Source: a virus (Duplodnaviria; Caudoviricetes). From it: a stretch of 56,144 nucleotides of DNA. The notes beneath the pieces are model-generated. The model had not been told where the DNA came from. It saw nothing but the letters and a program-made list of their open reading frames with translations, and did not search any database. A program made the position numbers and the translations under genes. Location: IMG/VR virus record IMGVR_UViG_3300042197_002821, positions 1 through 56,144 of that record. One strand, given 5' to 3'. Below, one piece after another: positions 6,245 to 15,056 of this stretch (positions are counted from its first letter, which is position 1; each line of letters begins with the position of its first letter).

Positions 6245-6761
6245 GCCGTCCTCTAGCCCAGACCGACATACCTTCCAAAAACAGGGTTATGTCAAACGCT
6301 GTGAAGAAACGGGTGAGTCACCCAACCAAGATTATCTAGACATGTTTTCTAAGATCTTGGAAGATCAAAAACACAAGTTCGATGATCCCAAGGACAGAGA
6401 AAACAATCTCGAGTATGATCTTCTAACCACAGACTGGATCCTAGAAAAAGTACGAGGTAGCGACAGCTACGCACAGAATCTCTATGCGGCACTGTGCAAC
6501 ACAAAATGGCAGAACAAGGCCGTGTGGCCCACTCTAAAAGAACAAAAGTGGGGCTGTTCTTGGAGATACGCAGGTGGCATCATCGCAGACATGCAGGAAA
6601 AAGGTGATTACATCAACTGGTATTGTTCTGGCATCGGCGGGGGTTTAGGTAATGGCGATGAAGATAATACCAAGGGCTATGTCAGTGAGGGCACAGTCAC
6701 TGATGAGATCGAGAGTGATTTGGATCGCTTGGGCTGGACGATCAGTCCATGCAAAGATTAA
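6237..6761 (+). CDS. Hypothetical phage protein
   Basis: ORF with YAQNLYAALCN and SWRYAGG segments; ATG 6237 overlaps upstream stop. Confidence 0.8.
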   Translation: MNKPSSSPDRHTFQKQGYVKRCEETGESPNQDYLDMFSKILEDQKHKFDDPKDRENNLEYDLLTTDWILEKVRGSDSYAQNLYAALCNTKWQNKAVWPTLKEQKWGCSWRYAGGIIADMQEKGDYINWYCSGIGGGLGNGDEDNTKGYVSEGTVTDEIESDLDRLGWTISPCKD

Positions 6762-6788
6762 AATAGGGGCTTAGGCCCCTATTTTTTT
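6761..6788 (+). terminator. Intrinsic terminator
   Basis: aaataggggc-ttag-gcccctattt followed by a T run. Confidence 0.85.
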
Positions 6789-6801
6789 GGCCATAGTTCC
6801 G

Positions 6802-6808
6802 ATAAATA
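6802..6808 (+). promoter_or_regulatory. T4-like late promoter motif ATAAATA
   Basis: Same motif precedes virion-type genes at 19570, 24187, 34255, 41174, 47954 and 54221. Confidence 0.6.
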
Positions 6809-6828
6809 TTGTAAAACAAGGAGCAGCT

Positions 6829-7743
6829 ATGGCTTTCGTACCGCTTAGTCTAGGTAATTTCAACACCAGCAAAGAACCTTTATCGACGTCTCTGACCAAG
6901 ATCAACGACATGATCGAAGAACTATACACGTTCAGCGAAGAGGGCGACCTCGGTTCGATCAGCCAAAACATCGTGCCCGACCAGGACGATATCAGAGATC
7001 TTGGCAGCATAGACAAAAAGTGGCGCAGCTTATATGTCAGCGGTAACACTATCTATCTGGGCAACTCAGAAATCAGTGTGGACAGCCAAGGAAATCTTTC
7101 AGTGAACGGTGAATCTATCGCTGCTACTACCTGGGAAAACGTTCTAGGAAGACCCGAGGTACCTACCAGTATTTTCGACTTAGATGTCCCGGCAATAATT
7201 ATCAGACCCGGTTTTCTCAAATATGATGGCAGCAGTCTAAGTTGGGTCGAGCTATCTACTGTGGCAGAATCTGGTAGCTACAACGATCTCACTGACAAGC
7301 CAACTATCCCAGCAGACATCAGTGACCTCACTGATTCCGGAAATCTATTAGGACAGCAACCTTCCCGTGTCACTGTATCAGCGACCACAGGTCCTTTATT
7401 TCAAAACCAAACTGGAAATATAAGTATCACTGGATTTAAATCTTACGCGATACTAAAAATCACCACTGAGCTGCCCTCATGGGTAAGGATCTATTCAGAT
7501 CAGGCAGCAAGGACCGCTGATGCATCTCGCACTGAAAATCAAGATCCTGCTCCAGGTGCTGGCGTTATAGCTGAAGTCATAACCACAGGTCCAGGAGAAC
7601 AAACCGTACTGATGACTCCTTCGGTGATAGGTTTTAACAACGAAGCAGCTGGCACTAATGTGATTCCTGTAGCAGTTACCAACAAAGGCACAGGGTTAGC
7701 TACTATACAAGTAACACTGACATTGATCAAGCTAGAAGACTGA
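6829..7743 (+). CDS. Virion structural / tail-fibre-like protein
   Basis: KINDMIEELY N-terminus, DLGSIDKKWRSLY and GSYNDLTDKPTIP fibre-type motifs; AAGGAG SD. Confidence 0.7.
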   Translation: MAFVPLSLGNFNTSKEPLSTSLTKINDMIEELYTFSEEGDLGSISQNIVPDQDDIRDLGSIDKKWRSLYVSGNTIYLGNSEISVDSQGNLSVNGESIAATTWENVLGRPEVPTSIFDLDVPAIIIRPGFLKYDGSSLSWVELSTVAESGSYNDLTDKPTIPADISDLTDSGNLLGQQPSRVTVSATTGPLFQNQTGNISITGFKSYAILKITTELPSWVRIYSDQAARTADASRTENQDPAPGAGVIAEVITTGPGEQTVLMTPSVIGFNNEAAGTNVIPVAVTNKGTGLATIQVTLTLIKLED

Positions 7744-7745
7744 GC

Positions 7746-9389
7746 ATGTCTGAAACCAAAGAATATATCGTCACTCTACATCGCAGAGAAGATCTCGAGC
7801 AGTTCTATGAGGACATGGAAACTCCTGGTGGTGATCTATGCATACCAGATCGCAGAGTAGACATAGCTGTACGAAGACCATCGAGTCGTAACACACATTA
7901 TTATCTCACAGATGAAGAAGCCAGCAATCTCAGGGCTGATCCTAGAGTGGCAGCCGTCGAAGTACGTCCCGAACAACAGGGTATAGAAAGGAAACCTTCC
8001 TATACACAAACGTCTGACGACTGGGATAAAGCAAGCACAGCAAGCAGCCTAGACAAGAACTGGGGCCTGCTGAGATGCGTAGAAGGTCAACAAAGGACCA
8101 ATTGGGGCTCCAACGGTACCGCTAATCAATCAGGAACCGTGGCTCTCCCGACTCAGGGAAAAAACGTCGATGTGGTCATAGTTGACGGAATGATAGATCC
8201 TGCCCATCCTGAATTCGCTGTCAACGCCGATGGTACTGGCGGGACCAGAGTCGTTCAGTATAATTGGTTCCAGCACAATCCCGCTGTCTCGGGAACGGCA
8301 GCTGGCAACTATATCTATACCCCGTATATAGATGGCAGTGACCCCGATCGCACAGACGACAACAATCACGGACAACACGTCGCGGGCACTGTAGCCGGAA
8401 ACACACAAGGTTGGGCCAGACAGGCCAATATCTATAATATCAATCCATACAGCACTGATATCAACAGCGTAGATGATTTATTAATAATGGATTACGTAAG
8501 AGAGTTCCATAACAATAAGCCTGTAAATCCCTCTACGGGAAGAAGGAATCCTACTATCTGCAATCACAGCTGGGGATATTTCTATACATTTCCTATCAGC
8601 GGAGTCACTGGAATATTTTTCCAAGGAGTTTATACAGCTGGCCCGTTCACTGAAGCTGAGCTACGGTCCTACGGTGTCTATACTTTCGTATCGAATGGTA
8701 TCACTGTGTTTACTGCACCGGCGAGATATCCAGCGTTTGATGCAGACATGCAAGATGCCATAGATGATGGTGTCATACAAGTCGGAGCAGCCGGAAACAG
8801 CTACATGAAAATGGACATCAATGGTGGCATAGATTTTGATAATCTAGTAGTTTGGAGCGACGGCATTTCTAATTTTGGAATATATTATCACGAAGGTGGT
8901 AGTCCGACTTCTGCCAGCAATGTAATCTGCGTAGGCGCAGTCGGTGCGCTGGCCAACGAGACCAAAGCTTCTTTCAGTAACTGCGGACCTCGAGTCGATA
9001 TATATGCTCCTGGGCAGTGGATCATGAGCAGCCTACATACCGGCAGCGTACAGGATCCTAGAAACTCTTCTTATGTCAACGGAAAGTATCAAGGAACCAG
9101 CATGGCCAGCCCACAGGTCTGCGGAGTATTAGCCTGTGCCTTGGAAACCTATCCTAGCATGACACAATCGCAGTGCCGAGACTATATATTTGCCTATAGC
9201 AAACAGTCTCAGGTCACAGACACTGGCGGGTCTTACACTGATTTCACTTCCTTACAAGGATCTGCTAACAGATATCTGTTCTATTACAAAGAACGCGACG
9301 TCGTTGGAAACATCTATCCAAAAGTCAACTATTCATTACGGGCTAGTTCTTCCGTAAAATATCCCCGAGTTCGGATAAGAAGGTCTTGA
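7746..9389 (+). CDS. Subtilisin-like S8 serine protease with propeptide
   Basis: VVIVDG (Asp), NHGQHVAGTVAG (His), AAGN oxyanion, GTSMASPQV (Ser). Confidence 0.93.
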   Translation: MSETKEYIVTLHRREDLEQFYEDMETPGGDLCIPDRRVDIAVRRPSSRNTHYYLTDEEASNLRADPRVAAVEVRPEQQGIERKPSYTQTSDDWDKASTASSLDKNWGLLRCVEGQQRTNWGSNGTANQSGTVALPTQGKNVDVVIVDGMIDPAHPEFAVNADGTGGTRVVQYNWFQHNPAVSGTAAGNYIYTPYIDGSDPDRTDDNNHGQHVAGTVAGNTQGWARQANIYNINPYSTDINSVDDLLIMDYVREFHNNKPVNPSTGRRNPTICNHSWGYFYTFPISGVTGIFFQGVYTAGPFTEAELRSYGVYTFVSNGITVFTAPARYPAFDADMQDAIDDGVIQVGAAGNSYMKMDINGGIDFDNLVVWSDGISNFGIYYHEGGSPTSASNVICVGAVGALANETKASFSNCGPRVDIYAPGQWIMSSLHTGSVQDPRNSSYVNGKYQGTSMASPQVCGVLACALETYPSMTQSQCRDYIFAYSKQSQVTDTGGSYTDFTSLQGSANRYLFYYKERDVVGNIYPKVNYSLRASSSVKYPRVRIRRS

Positions 9390-9414
9390 CAAATACTTTG
9401 GATTTTGTTAATAT
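9386..9414 (+). promoter_or_regulatory. sigma70-type promoter, leaderless arrangement
   Basis: TTGACA-17-TAATAT then 6 nt then ATG 9421. Confidence 0.75.
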
Positions 9415-9420
9415 AAACCA

Positions 9421-9591
9421 ATGATTAAAAATATCTACCTCGTAGAAGAACTCTTCCAGGATATTCCCGAAGATCCGGACAATGTCCTGTTTACCATTCC
9501 GCCGGAAGTCTGTGAACACCTGGGATGGCAACCTGGAGACGCTCTACACATCGAAGCCAATCAAGGATCGATAGTCATCAAAAAAGCATGA
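9421..9591 (+). CDS. AbrB/MazE/SpoVT-like small DNA-binding protein, 56 aa (absent from ORF track)
   Basis: [56 protein letters not shown]; IP..V...LGW.PGD motif; ATGA-coupled to infA. Confidence 0.75.
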   Translation: MIKNIYLVEELFQDIPEDPDNVLFTIPPEVCEHLGWQPGDALHIEANQGSIVIKKA

Positions 9592-9806
9592 GCAAACGCG
9601 ACGACCTCTTAGAGATGCAGGGTGCAGTCACCGAAGTCTTGCCAAATAATATGTTTCGGGTAAAGATAGAAACTGGAAACGAAATAATCTGTTATACCAA
9701 CGGACGTCTACGCCAAAACAAGATCAAGATCATCCTAGGCGATTCAGTTCGGATAGAGATGTCGGTCTACGATCTCACAAAAGGTAGAATCACTTACCGC
9801 CTTTAA
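9588..9806 (+). CDS. infA: Translation initiation factor IF-1
   Basis: [17 protein letters not shown]...[30 protein letters not shown]. Confidence 0.95.
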   Translation: MSKRDDLLEMQGAVTEVLPNNMFRVKIETGNEIICYTNGRLRQNKIKIILGDSVRIEMSVYDLTKGRITYRL

Positions 9807-9808
9807 GG

Positions 9809-9837
9809 TTGACAAACAATCTATTCTAATATACTAT
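9809..9837 (+). promoter_or_regulatory. sigma70-type promoter
   Basis: TTGACA-17-TACTAT. Confidence 0.7.
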
Positions 9838-9891
9838 AGAGAAACGCATACGTTGTGCGTAAATTTTTAGCAAAACTGGAAAGGAACCAAA

Positions 9892-11052
9892 ATGCTACAA
9901 TTACAGACCAACGGCGTATTTGGCATGTCCTCTTACGCTCATACGAAAAATTCTCGTTTTTCGAATACTCAAAGTAACATTAAAACCATACAACAGCGAT
10001 GGTCCGAAACTTACAATGCAATGACCCCTAGTATGCAGGCTGTTGTAGATAATGCATTATCCGCAGCGATAGCCGAATTTCGTAGACGAAATCCCAATAT
10101 AACCAAATGGGAACACCTGCCTCTAGCAGAAGCCAAATCAGTACCGATGAATTCTATCAAGATTGACGGTACTATGCAAAGGCAATTAGATATTTTTTGG
10201 GTATTGAAAATTCTCAACCATTTTTTAGCTACTATGGTTGTACCTATACAAGTATACCGGCCAGATCCCTGTGTTGACGAGTATCTAGGTTGGGACGGTC
10301 AACACACACTTATTTTGTTGTGGCTGATCGCTACTCAAATCATGGGTGAGAATCCGGACGAAGTTCTAGTTCCTGTGAACTTATACCAGAGTTCATTGAA
10401 GGCAGAGATGCGGAGTAACTTTATCAGCCTCAACTCTAAGGAAGGAAAGAAACAACTGGATTTGATTGATATATTTGAACAGCAGGTGTTTGGTGTTAGG
10501 GTCGATGGTAGCACTAATCCGTTGTGGATAGAAGCTGAGCTCAAGCAGCAACAGATTGAAAAATTTGGGCTGTTCGTAACCGCTAAAAAATTCGGTGACG
10601 ATGATCAGCCAGGTGCTATCAGTCGTTTACAAGAAATCAACAAGCTCAATGCAGAATCAGTAGGTTGGCTCTGTGAATATCTGTCATTGTCAACTCAGTT
10701 GGCTCGGCCGGTAGAAGAGAAGGAAATGGTCATGATGGCACATTTCTTTGACCGATGCAGGTTAGCTGGTGTCGATGTAAATTCTATATATATCGCTGAC
10801 CTCTATAATGTAAATCAGCAATTATTCGACTGTGACTTTAGCCCTATGGGTGCATTTTGGGTCAAAGCCGGCTTGGCCTATGCTAACTGGCATTTCATCA
10901 ACTCGAATGGTATTAGCAGTCCTAGATTTAATAAAGAACCAGTACATGGATTTCCATTCTTTATCGCACAATTGAGCAAGAGTTTTGGGCATGCAGTACC
11001 AAGGTCAGATTCTAAAAGTGAATTCTATCCCGATGCGAAGGATCTGTTCTAA
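9892..11052 (+). CDS. ParB/Srx-fold DGQH-motif protein
   Basis: ID...QRQLD and WDGQHT motifs in the N-terminal half. Confidence 0.65.
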   Translation: MLQLQTNGVFGMSSYAHTKNSRFSNTQSNIKTIQQRWSETYNAMTPSMQAVVDNALSAAIAEFRRRNPNITKWEHLPLAEAKSVPMNSIKIDGTMQRQLDIFWVLKILNHFLATMVVPIQVYRPDPCVDEYLGWDGQHTLILLWLIATQIMGENPDEVLVPVNLYQSSLKAEMRSNFISLNSKEGKKQLDLIDIFEQQVFGVRVDGSTNPLWIEAELKQQQIEKFGLFVTAKKFGDDDQPGAISRLQEINKLNAESVGWLCEYLSLSTQLARPVEEKEMVMMAHFFDRCRLAGVDVNSIYIADLYNVNQQLFDCDFSPMGAFWVKAGLAYANWHFINSNGISSPRFNKEPVHGFPFFIAQLSKSFGHAVPRSDSKSEFYPDAKDLF

Positions 11053-11501
11053 TGCGAGACATGATTTGGGATCAAACTAAATCTCTAGCCCAAATGAAAA
11101 AAGAACAGGGCAAGACCTGTAACGTTCCGAGCTGTGGTAAACCTCTAACCCATATGCAAGGTCCTGGGTCAGAAGTTCTCTGTCGTGAACACCAACTTAA
11201 ACTTGTTGAATACGGTGGAGCAGGTAAAATTAATCGACTACATACTCTACATCGTAAATGGGTATGCGACGATTGTGGGGTAGATGTATCGGAACAAGTT
11301 AGACTGAAGTATCCCACATTAGAAGACCCTATATTGTTTAATAGATTGTGCCGCAATCGTGTTATTGGCGACCATCAAATTAGACAAGCAGACGGCGGCG
11401 ACGATTCTGAAGGAAATATTCGGTCTCTATGTTTAAATTGTAATTCGGACAAAACTATCTTAAACGAAGACTATAAGAAATCTAAAATTAAAACAGATTA
11501 A
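11052..11501 (+). CDS. Zn-binding HNH endonuclease
   Basis: CxxC pairs; DHQIRQADGGDDSEGNIRSLCLNCNSDKT. Confidence 0.85.
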   Translation: MRDMIWDQTKSLAQMKKEQGKTCNVPSCGKPLTHMQGPGSEVLCREHQLKLVEYGGAGKINRLHTLHRKWVCDDCGVDVSEQVRLKYPTLEDPILFNRLCRNRVIGDHQIRQADGGDDSEGNIRSLCLNCNSDKTILNEDYKKSKIKTD

Positions 11502-11539
11502 CAATTATATAAACTAAATATCATGAAAGGAGAAATAAA

Positions 11540-11614
11540 ATGGCAAAATGGCGAGCACATCATCCCCGTTCAATCCGAGCTACTGCTCGTAGAGTACTCA
11601 AAAAACGCAAGTAA
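11540..11614 (+). CDS. 24-aa basic peptide MAKWRAHHPRSIRATARRVLKKRK (absent from ORF track)
   Basis: Strong AAGGAG SD; isolated ORF between genes. Confidence 0.65.
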   Translation: MAKWRAHHPRSIRATARRVLKKRK

Positions 11615-11617
11615 TCG

Positions 11618-11647
11618 TTGACAAACTGCACAGGCTCCTGTTATACT
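11618..11647 (+). promoter_or_regulatory. sigma70-type promoter
   Basis: TTGACA-18-TATACT with TG extension. Confidence 0.7.
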
Positions 11648-11671
11648 AGTCTATATTATAACAGGAGCCTG
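11631..11671. repeat. Perfect 15-bp inverted repeat
   Basis: caggctcctgttata / tataacaggagcctg, 11-nt loop. Confidence 0.9.
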
Positions 11672-11673
11672 GA

Positions 11674-11904
11674 ATGAAAGTAGTCAGCATCGAAGATAAG
11701 ACCAGCAAAAAACGCAAGGCCGAACTGCTAGAGATTTTGGCTGCGATCCGCGATCGCGTCGAAAATGGTGAGATACAGGAGTTCGTGGCAGCCAGCATCG
11801 ATAATGAAGGTGATGTCCAGATACATGCCTGCATCAAAGACATGATCGGTGGTGTTGGAATGTTCGAAATGGGAAAACAAATACTCATCAATCAAGAAAC
11901 CTAA
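11674..11904 (+). CDS. Hypothetical protein
   Basis: AGGAG SD, 76 aa. Confidence 0.75.
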   Translation: MKVVSIEDKTSKKRKAELLEILAAIRDRVENGEIQEFVAASIDNEGDVQIHACIKDMIGGVGMFEMGKQILINQET

Positions 11905-11913
11905 GGGGCGGCA

Positions 11914-12612
11914 GTGGGTAAATCAGAGCGATACACAGACACTAAACACAGTCTCGCCGTGGCCTGTGCCATATTCCGTATCAAAGGTTACAGCAATACC
12001 TATACCTACAAAGACGGCGAAGGCACTGCCTATACCAACAAGGACATGTTGACCTATGCCCTTTATCCTGAATTATCTCCAAAAAATTATCTCTTAGATT
12101 TTTCTCCCACTGAGCAGGACAGAGAATCTGCCGAAGCCATCGTGAAATACTATCGCAGATTATCCTTTGGTATCATCGGGGACAACATCGTTGATTATCT
12201 AAGGAAAGTGTTTTCCGTGTCGCAGAGTGAACGGGTAGCGTTCTCAGATCTCGGAGTGCTGGCCAGCATACCACAGAGTTATCAAAGAGAGCAGACAGCC
12301 AAAGAGGTCAAATCGCAGATCAAAGACACAGTAAAGGAACATCTCGGACAGGAAGGACAGCCGATCACCGTGACTATCAGGTACCTATCCGCTAGGTACG
12401 TGCCCAATCTAAACTGTTTTGCGCACGAAGCCATCACTGATACCAATCATTTGGTAGGTTTTCTCAATAAAATATCTCTAGGGGAAGCGGGCCAGACACA
12501 GCGGATCAAAGGCCGAGTGAAAAGGCATGGAGTCAACTATAACACCAAAACTCCAGAAACACAGCTCAATTATGTCAAAGTATTAGAAACTATGGTGATC
12601 ACAGATGAATAA
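11914..12612 (+). CDS. Hypothetical protein
   Basis: 232-aa ORF overlapping the ligase start. Confidence 0.75.
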   Translation: MGKSERYTDTKHSLAVACAIFRIKGYSNTYTYKDGEGTAYTNKDMLTYALYPELSPKNYLLDFSPTEQDRESAEAIVKYYRRLSFGIIGDNIVDYLRKVFSVSQSERVAFSDLGVLASIPQSYQREQTAKEVKSQIKDTVKEHLGQEGQPITVTIRYLSARYVPNLNCFAHEAITDTNHLVGFLNKISLGEAGQTQRIKGRVKRHGVNYNTKTPETQLNYVKVLETMVITDE

Positions 12613-13921
12613 GCCTTGGGAAGTAATCAAAGAACTGGAATCTGATAACAGCCGATTGGCCAAAGAAGCCATCTTGTTACGAGAAGCAGAAGCTGGCAAC
12701 AGTGAACTCTTCCAAGGACTGCGCCTGGCTCTCGACCCCATGATCACCTTTGGTCTCAAACAGATCCCAGAAAAGTCTGATGAAGATGGCCCTGGCATGT
12801 CTTGGGACAGTTTCTCTCTAGCAGTTACAGGATTCGTTAATCGACAGGTCACTGGCAACACAGCCAGAGATATGGTACAGACCATGATGAAGTCTGCTAC
12901 TCGCGACCAATGGCAGCATTGGTACCGAAGAATTTTGATCAAAGACATGCGGGCAGGGTTTGGAGATAAGAGCGTGAACAAAGCAGTGGCCAAGCGCTGG
13001 CCCGAATATATGGTGCCTATCTTCGGTTGTCAGCTGGCACACGACAGCAACAATCACGAATCAAAGACTGTGGGTAAAAAACGACTGGAAGTAAAATTAG
13101 ATGGCGTGCGTGTGATCACTATAGTCTATCCTGAAGGACGAGTAGATCAGTTCAGTCGCAATGGCAAAGAATTGGTAAACTTCGAGCATATCAAAAACCA
13201 GTTGGCCGAAAATGCCAGTACCTTTAGTGAACCTATGGTCCTCGATGGGGAAGTGATGAGCTCCAGCTTCCAGGATCTCATGCGTTCTGTGCATCGTAAA
13301 TATGATGTAGATGCCTCTGATGCTGTGCTCTATCTCTTCGACGCACTACCTCTTCGAGACTTCGAAACAGGGTATTGTGGAACGACCCAGAAAGATCGTT
13401 CGGCCTGGCTGAACGGGTGGTACGAAACTAAGTTGAAAAAATCTATGGCCAGTGTCAGCTGCCTAGATCATGCCATCGTAAATCTAGACACCGACGAAGG
13501 ACAGAATCTTTTTAGGATGTACAACAAGAGTGCTATAGAAAATGGATATGAGGGTCTGGTGCTTAAAGACCTTGATGCTCCCTACGAATGTAAAAGGACA
13601 ACGTCATGGTTGAAATTAAAACCGGTTATCGAAGTCACACTAGGAGTCGATGATGTGGAAGAAGGCACGGGACGTAATGTTGGACGACTGGGCGCCCTGG
13701 TTTGCTCCGGACAAGACGACGGGAAGCAAATTACCGTCAATGTTGGTAGTGGCTTCAGCGACAGTGATAGAGATCAGTTTTGGAGCAACCGTGATCTACT
13801 TGTTGGTCAACTTGTAGAAGTGAGAGCAGATGCTGTCACCCAAAATCAAGATGGATCATACAGCCTTAGATTTCCGAGGTTCCTACGCTTCCGAGGATTC
13901 GAAGTCGGTGAAAAGATCTAG
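12605..13921 (+). CDS. ATP-dependent DNA ligase
   Basis: KLDGVR, SRNG, LDGE, EGLVLK, WLKLKP, SLRFPRF motifs. Confidence 0.95.
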   Translation: MNKPWEVIKELESDNSRLAKEAILLREAEAGNSELFQGLRLALDPMITFGLKQIPEKSDEDGPGMSWDSFSLAVTGFVNRQVTGNTARDMVQTMMKSATRDQWQHWYRRILIKDMRAGFGDKSVNKAVAKRWPEYMVPIFGCQLAHDSNNHESKTVGKKRLEVKLDGVRVITIVYPEGRVDQFSRNGKELVNFEHIKNQLAENASTFSEPMVLDGEVMSSSFQDLMRSVHRKYDVDASDAVLYLFDALPLRDFETGYCGTTQKDRSAWLNGWYETKLKKSMASVSCLDHAIVNLDTDEGQNLFRMYNKSAIENGYEGLVLKDLDAPYECKRTTSWLKLKPVIEVTLGVDDVEEGTGRNVGRLGALVCSGQDDGKQITVNVGSGFSDSDRDQFWSNRDLLVGQLVEVRADAVTQNQDGSYSLRFPRFLRFRGFEVGEKI

Positions 13922-13922
13922 A

Positions 13923-14744
13923 ATGAAGTATCTAGCTATCTCTCTGCTGTTCATCTCGGCCTCGGTCCAAGCTAAATTACCCAGCACGATGATCTACGAT
14001 CAAAGCAAAGACGACATCGTAGAATGCCGAGAATGCAACATACCGAGGTCCATAGCCAGTCTGACCAAAGTGATGACAGCCATAGTGGCCTTGGAACACA
14101 ACAGCGATCTCAGCCAACCAATCAAAGTTGGTGCAGGATCTAAGATCCCACCGGGCATCACGACCCGTGGGGATCTATTTGCTGCCATGCTGGTGCGCAG
14201 TGATAACAAAGCCGCAGAGATACTGGCCGAAGATTACCCCGGAGGAAGGAAAGCTTTCATCCGTGCCATGAATGCCAAAGCTCGATCCTTGGGCATGGAA
14301 TTCACTAAGTTCGTAGATCCCTCGGGACTCAGCGCAGGAAACATAGCTAAAATCGGAGAATTGATCATCTTAGTCAAAGTAGCTGCTCTACAACCTATCA
14401 TCGCAGATACCAGTGTCTTATCTCAAGTAGAGGTCAAGAATAAAAAGTATAAGGTGCTGTTAGATAACACCAATAAGATGCTGATCGCAGACTTCGACGA
14501 AATCAAATTTTCCAAGACGGGATTTACCAGTGCCGCAGGTTGGAACGTAGCCATGATCCTGGAACGAGACGGACGGAGATTCGTGGTCATCGTCATGGGT
14601 GCCCGAGATAAAGTAGAAAGATACAACCTAGCCAAATCCATGATACATCGACACTTCGCAGAAATCGAATACGAGATACAACAAGAGATAGAAAAGGAAA
14701 AAAATAAATCCGTTTGGGAAAAGATCTTAGATTGGTTCAGATGA
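13923..14744 (+). CDS. Peptidase S11 (D-Ala-D-Ala carboxy/endopeptidase, PBP7-like) with signal peptide
   Basis: SLTK (SxxK), SDN, KTG motifs; MKYLAISLLFISASVQA signal. Confidence 0.92.
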   Translation: MKYLAISLLFISASVQAKLPSTMIYDQSKDDIVECRECNIPRSIASLTKVMTAIVALEHNSDLSQPIKVGAGSKIPPGITTRGDLFAAMLVRSDNKAAEILAEDYPGGRKAFIRAMNAKARSLGMEFTKFVDPSGLSAGNIAKIGELIILVKVAALQPIIADTSVLSQVEVKNKKYKVLLDNTNKMLIADFDEIKFSKTGFTSAAGWNVAMILERDGRRFVVIVMGARDKVERYNLAKSMIHRHFAEIEYEIQQEIEKEKNKSVWEKILDWFR

Positions 14745-15025
14745 CACATAAGATCGTCAACGGCCGCATAGAAGAAACGAGGACTATCACCGTACATGAG
14801 TTTAGGCTAGGAGACGTCGAAGATCCAGATCTCTATGCCGCAGAACCGTTGCTAAAATGGCAGGAAAGCGAAAAAGGAAAATGGGTCATGGAGAACGCTG
14901 TGGAAACTCCCAGTTGGCATAGGATGATCGATCATGCATCTATGGGCTATCAATATTGTATACGTGCCAAACTACAAGGCCCCGCCCTGACCTTTTACCT
15001 GCTCAAATGGGGCGACACTGCTTGA
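14741..15025 (+). CDS. Hypothetical phage protein
   Basis: ATGA coupling; GDVEDPDLYAAEP segment. Confidence 0.75.
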   Translation: MTHKIVNGRIEETRTITVHEFRLGDVEDPDLYAAEPLLKWQESEKGKWVMENAVETPSWHRMIDHASMGYQYCIRAKLQGPALTFYLLKWGDTA

Positions 15026-15050
15026 CATCCAAGCAATAAACCAGTACAAT
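15022..15050 (+). promoter_or_regulatory. sigma70-type promoter, leaderless arrangement
   Basis: TTGACA-17-TACAAT then 6 nt then ATG 15057. Confidence 0.8.
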
Positions 15051-15056
15051 AATCAG

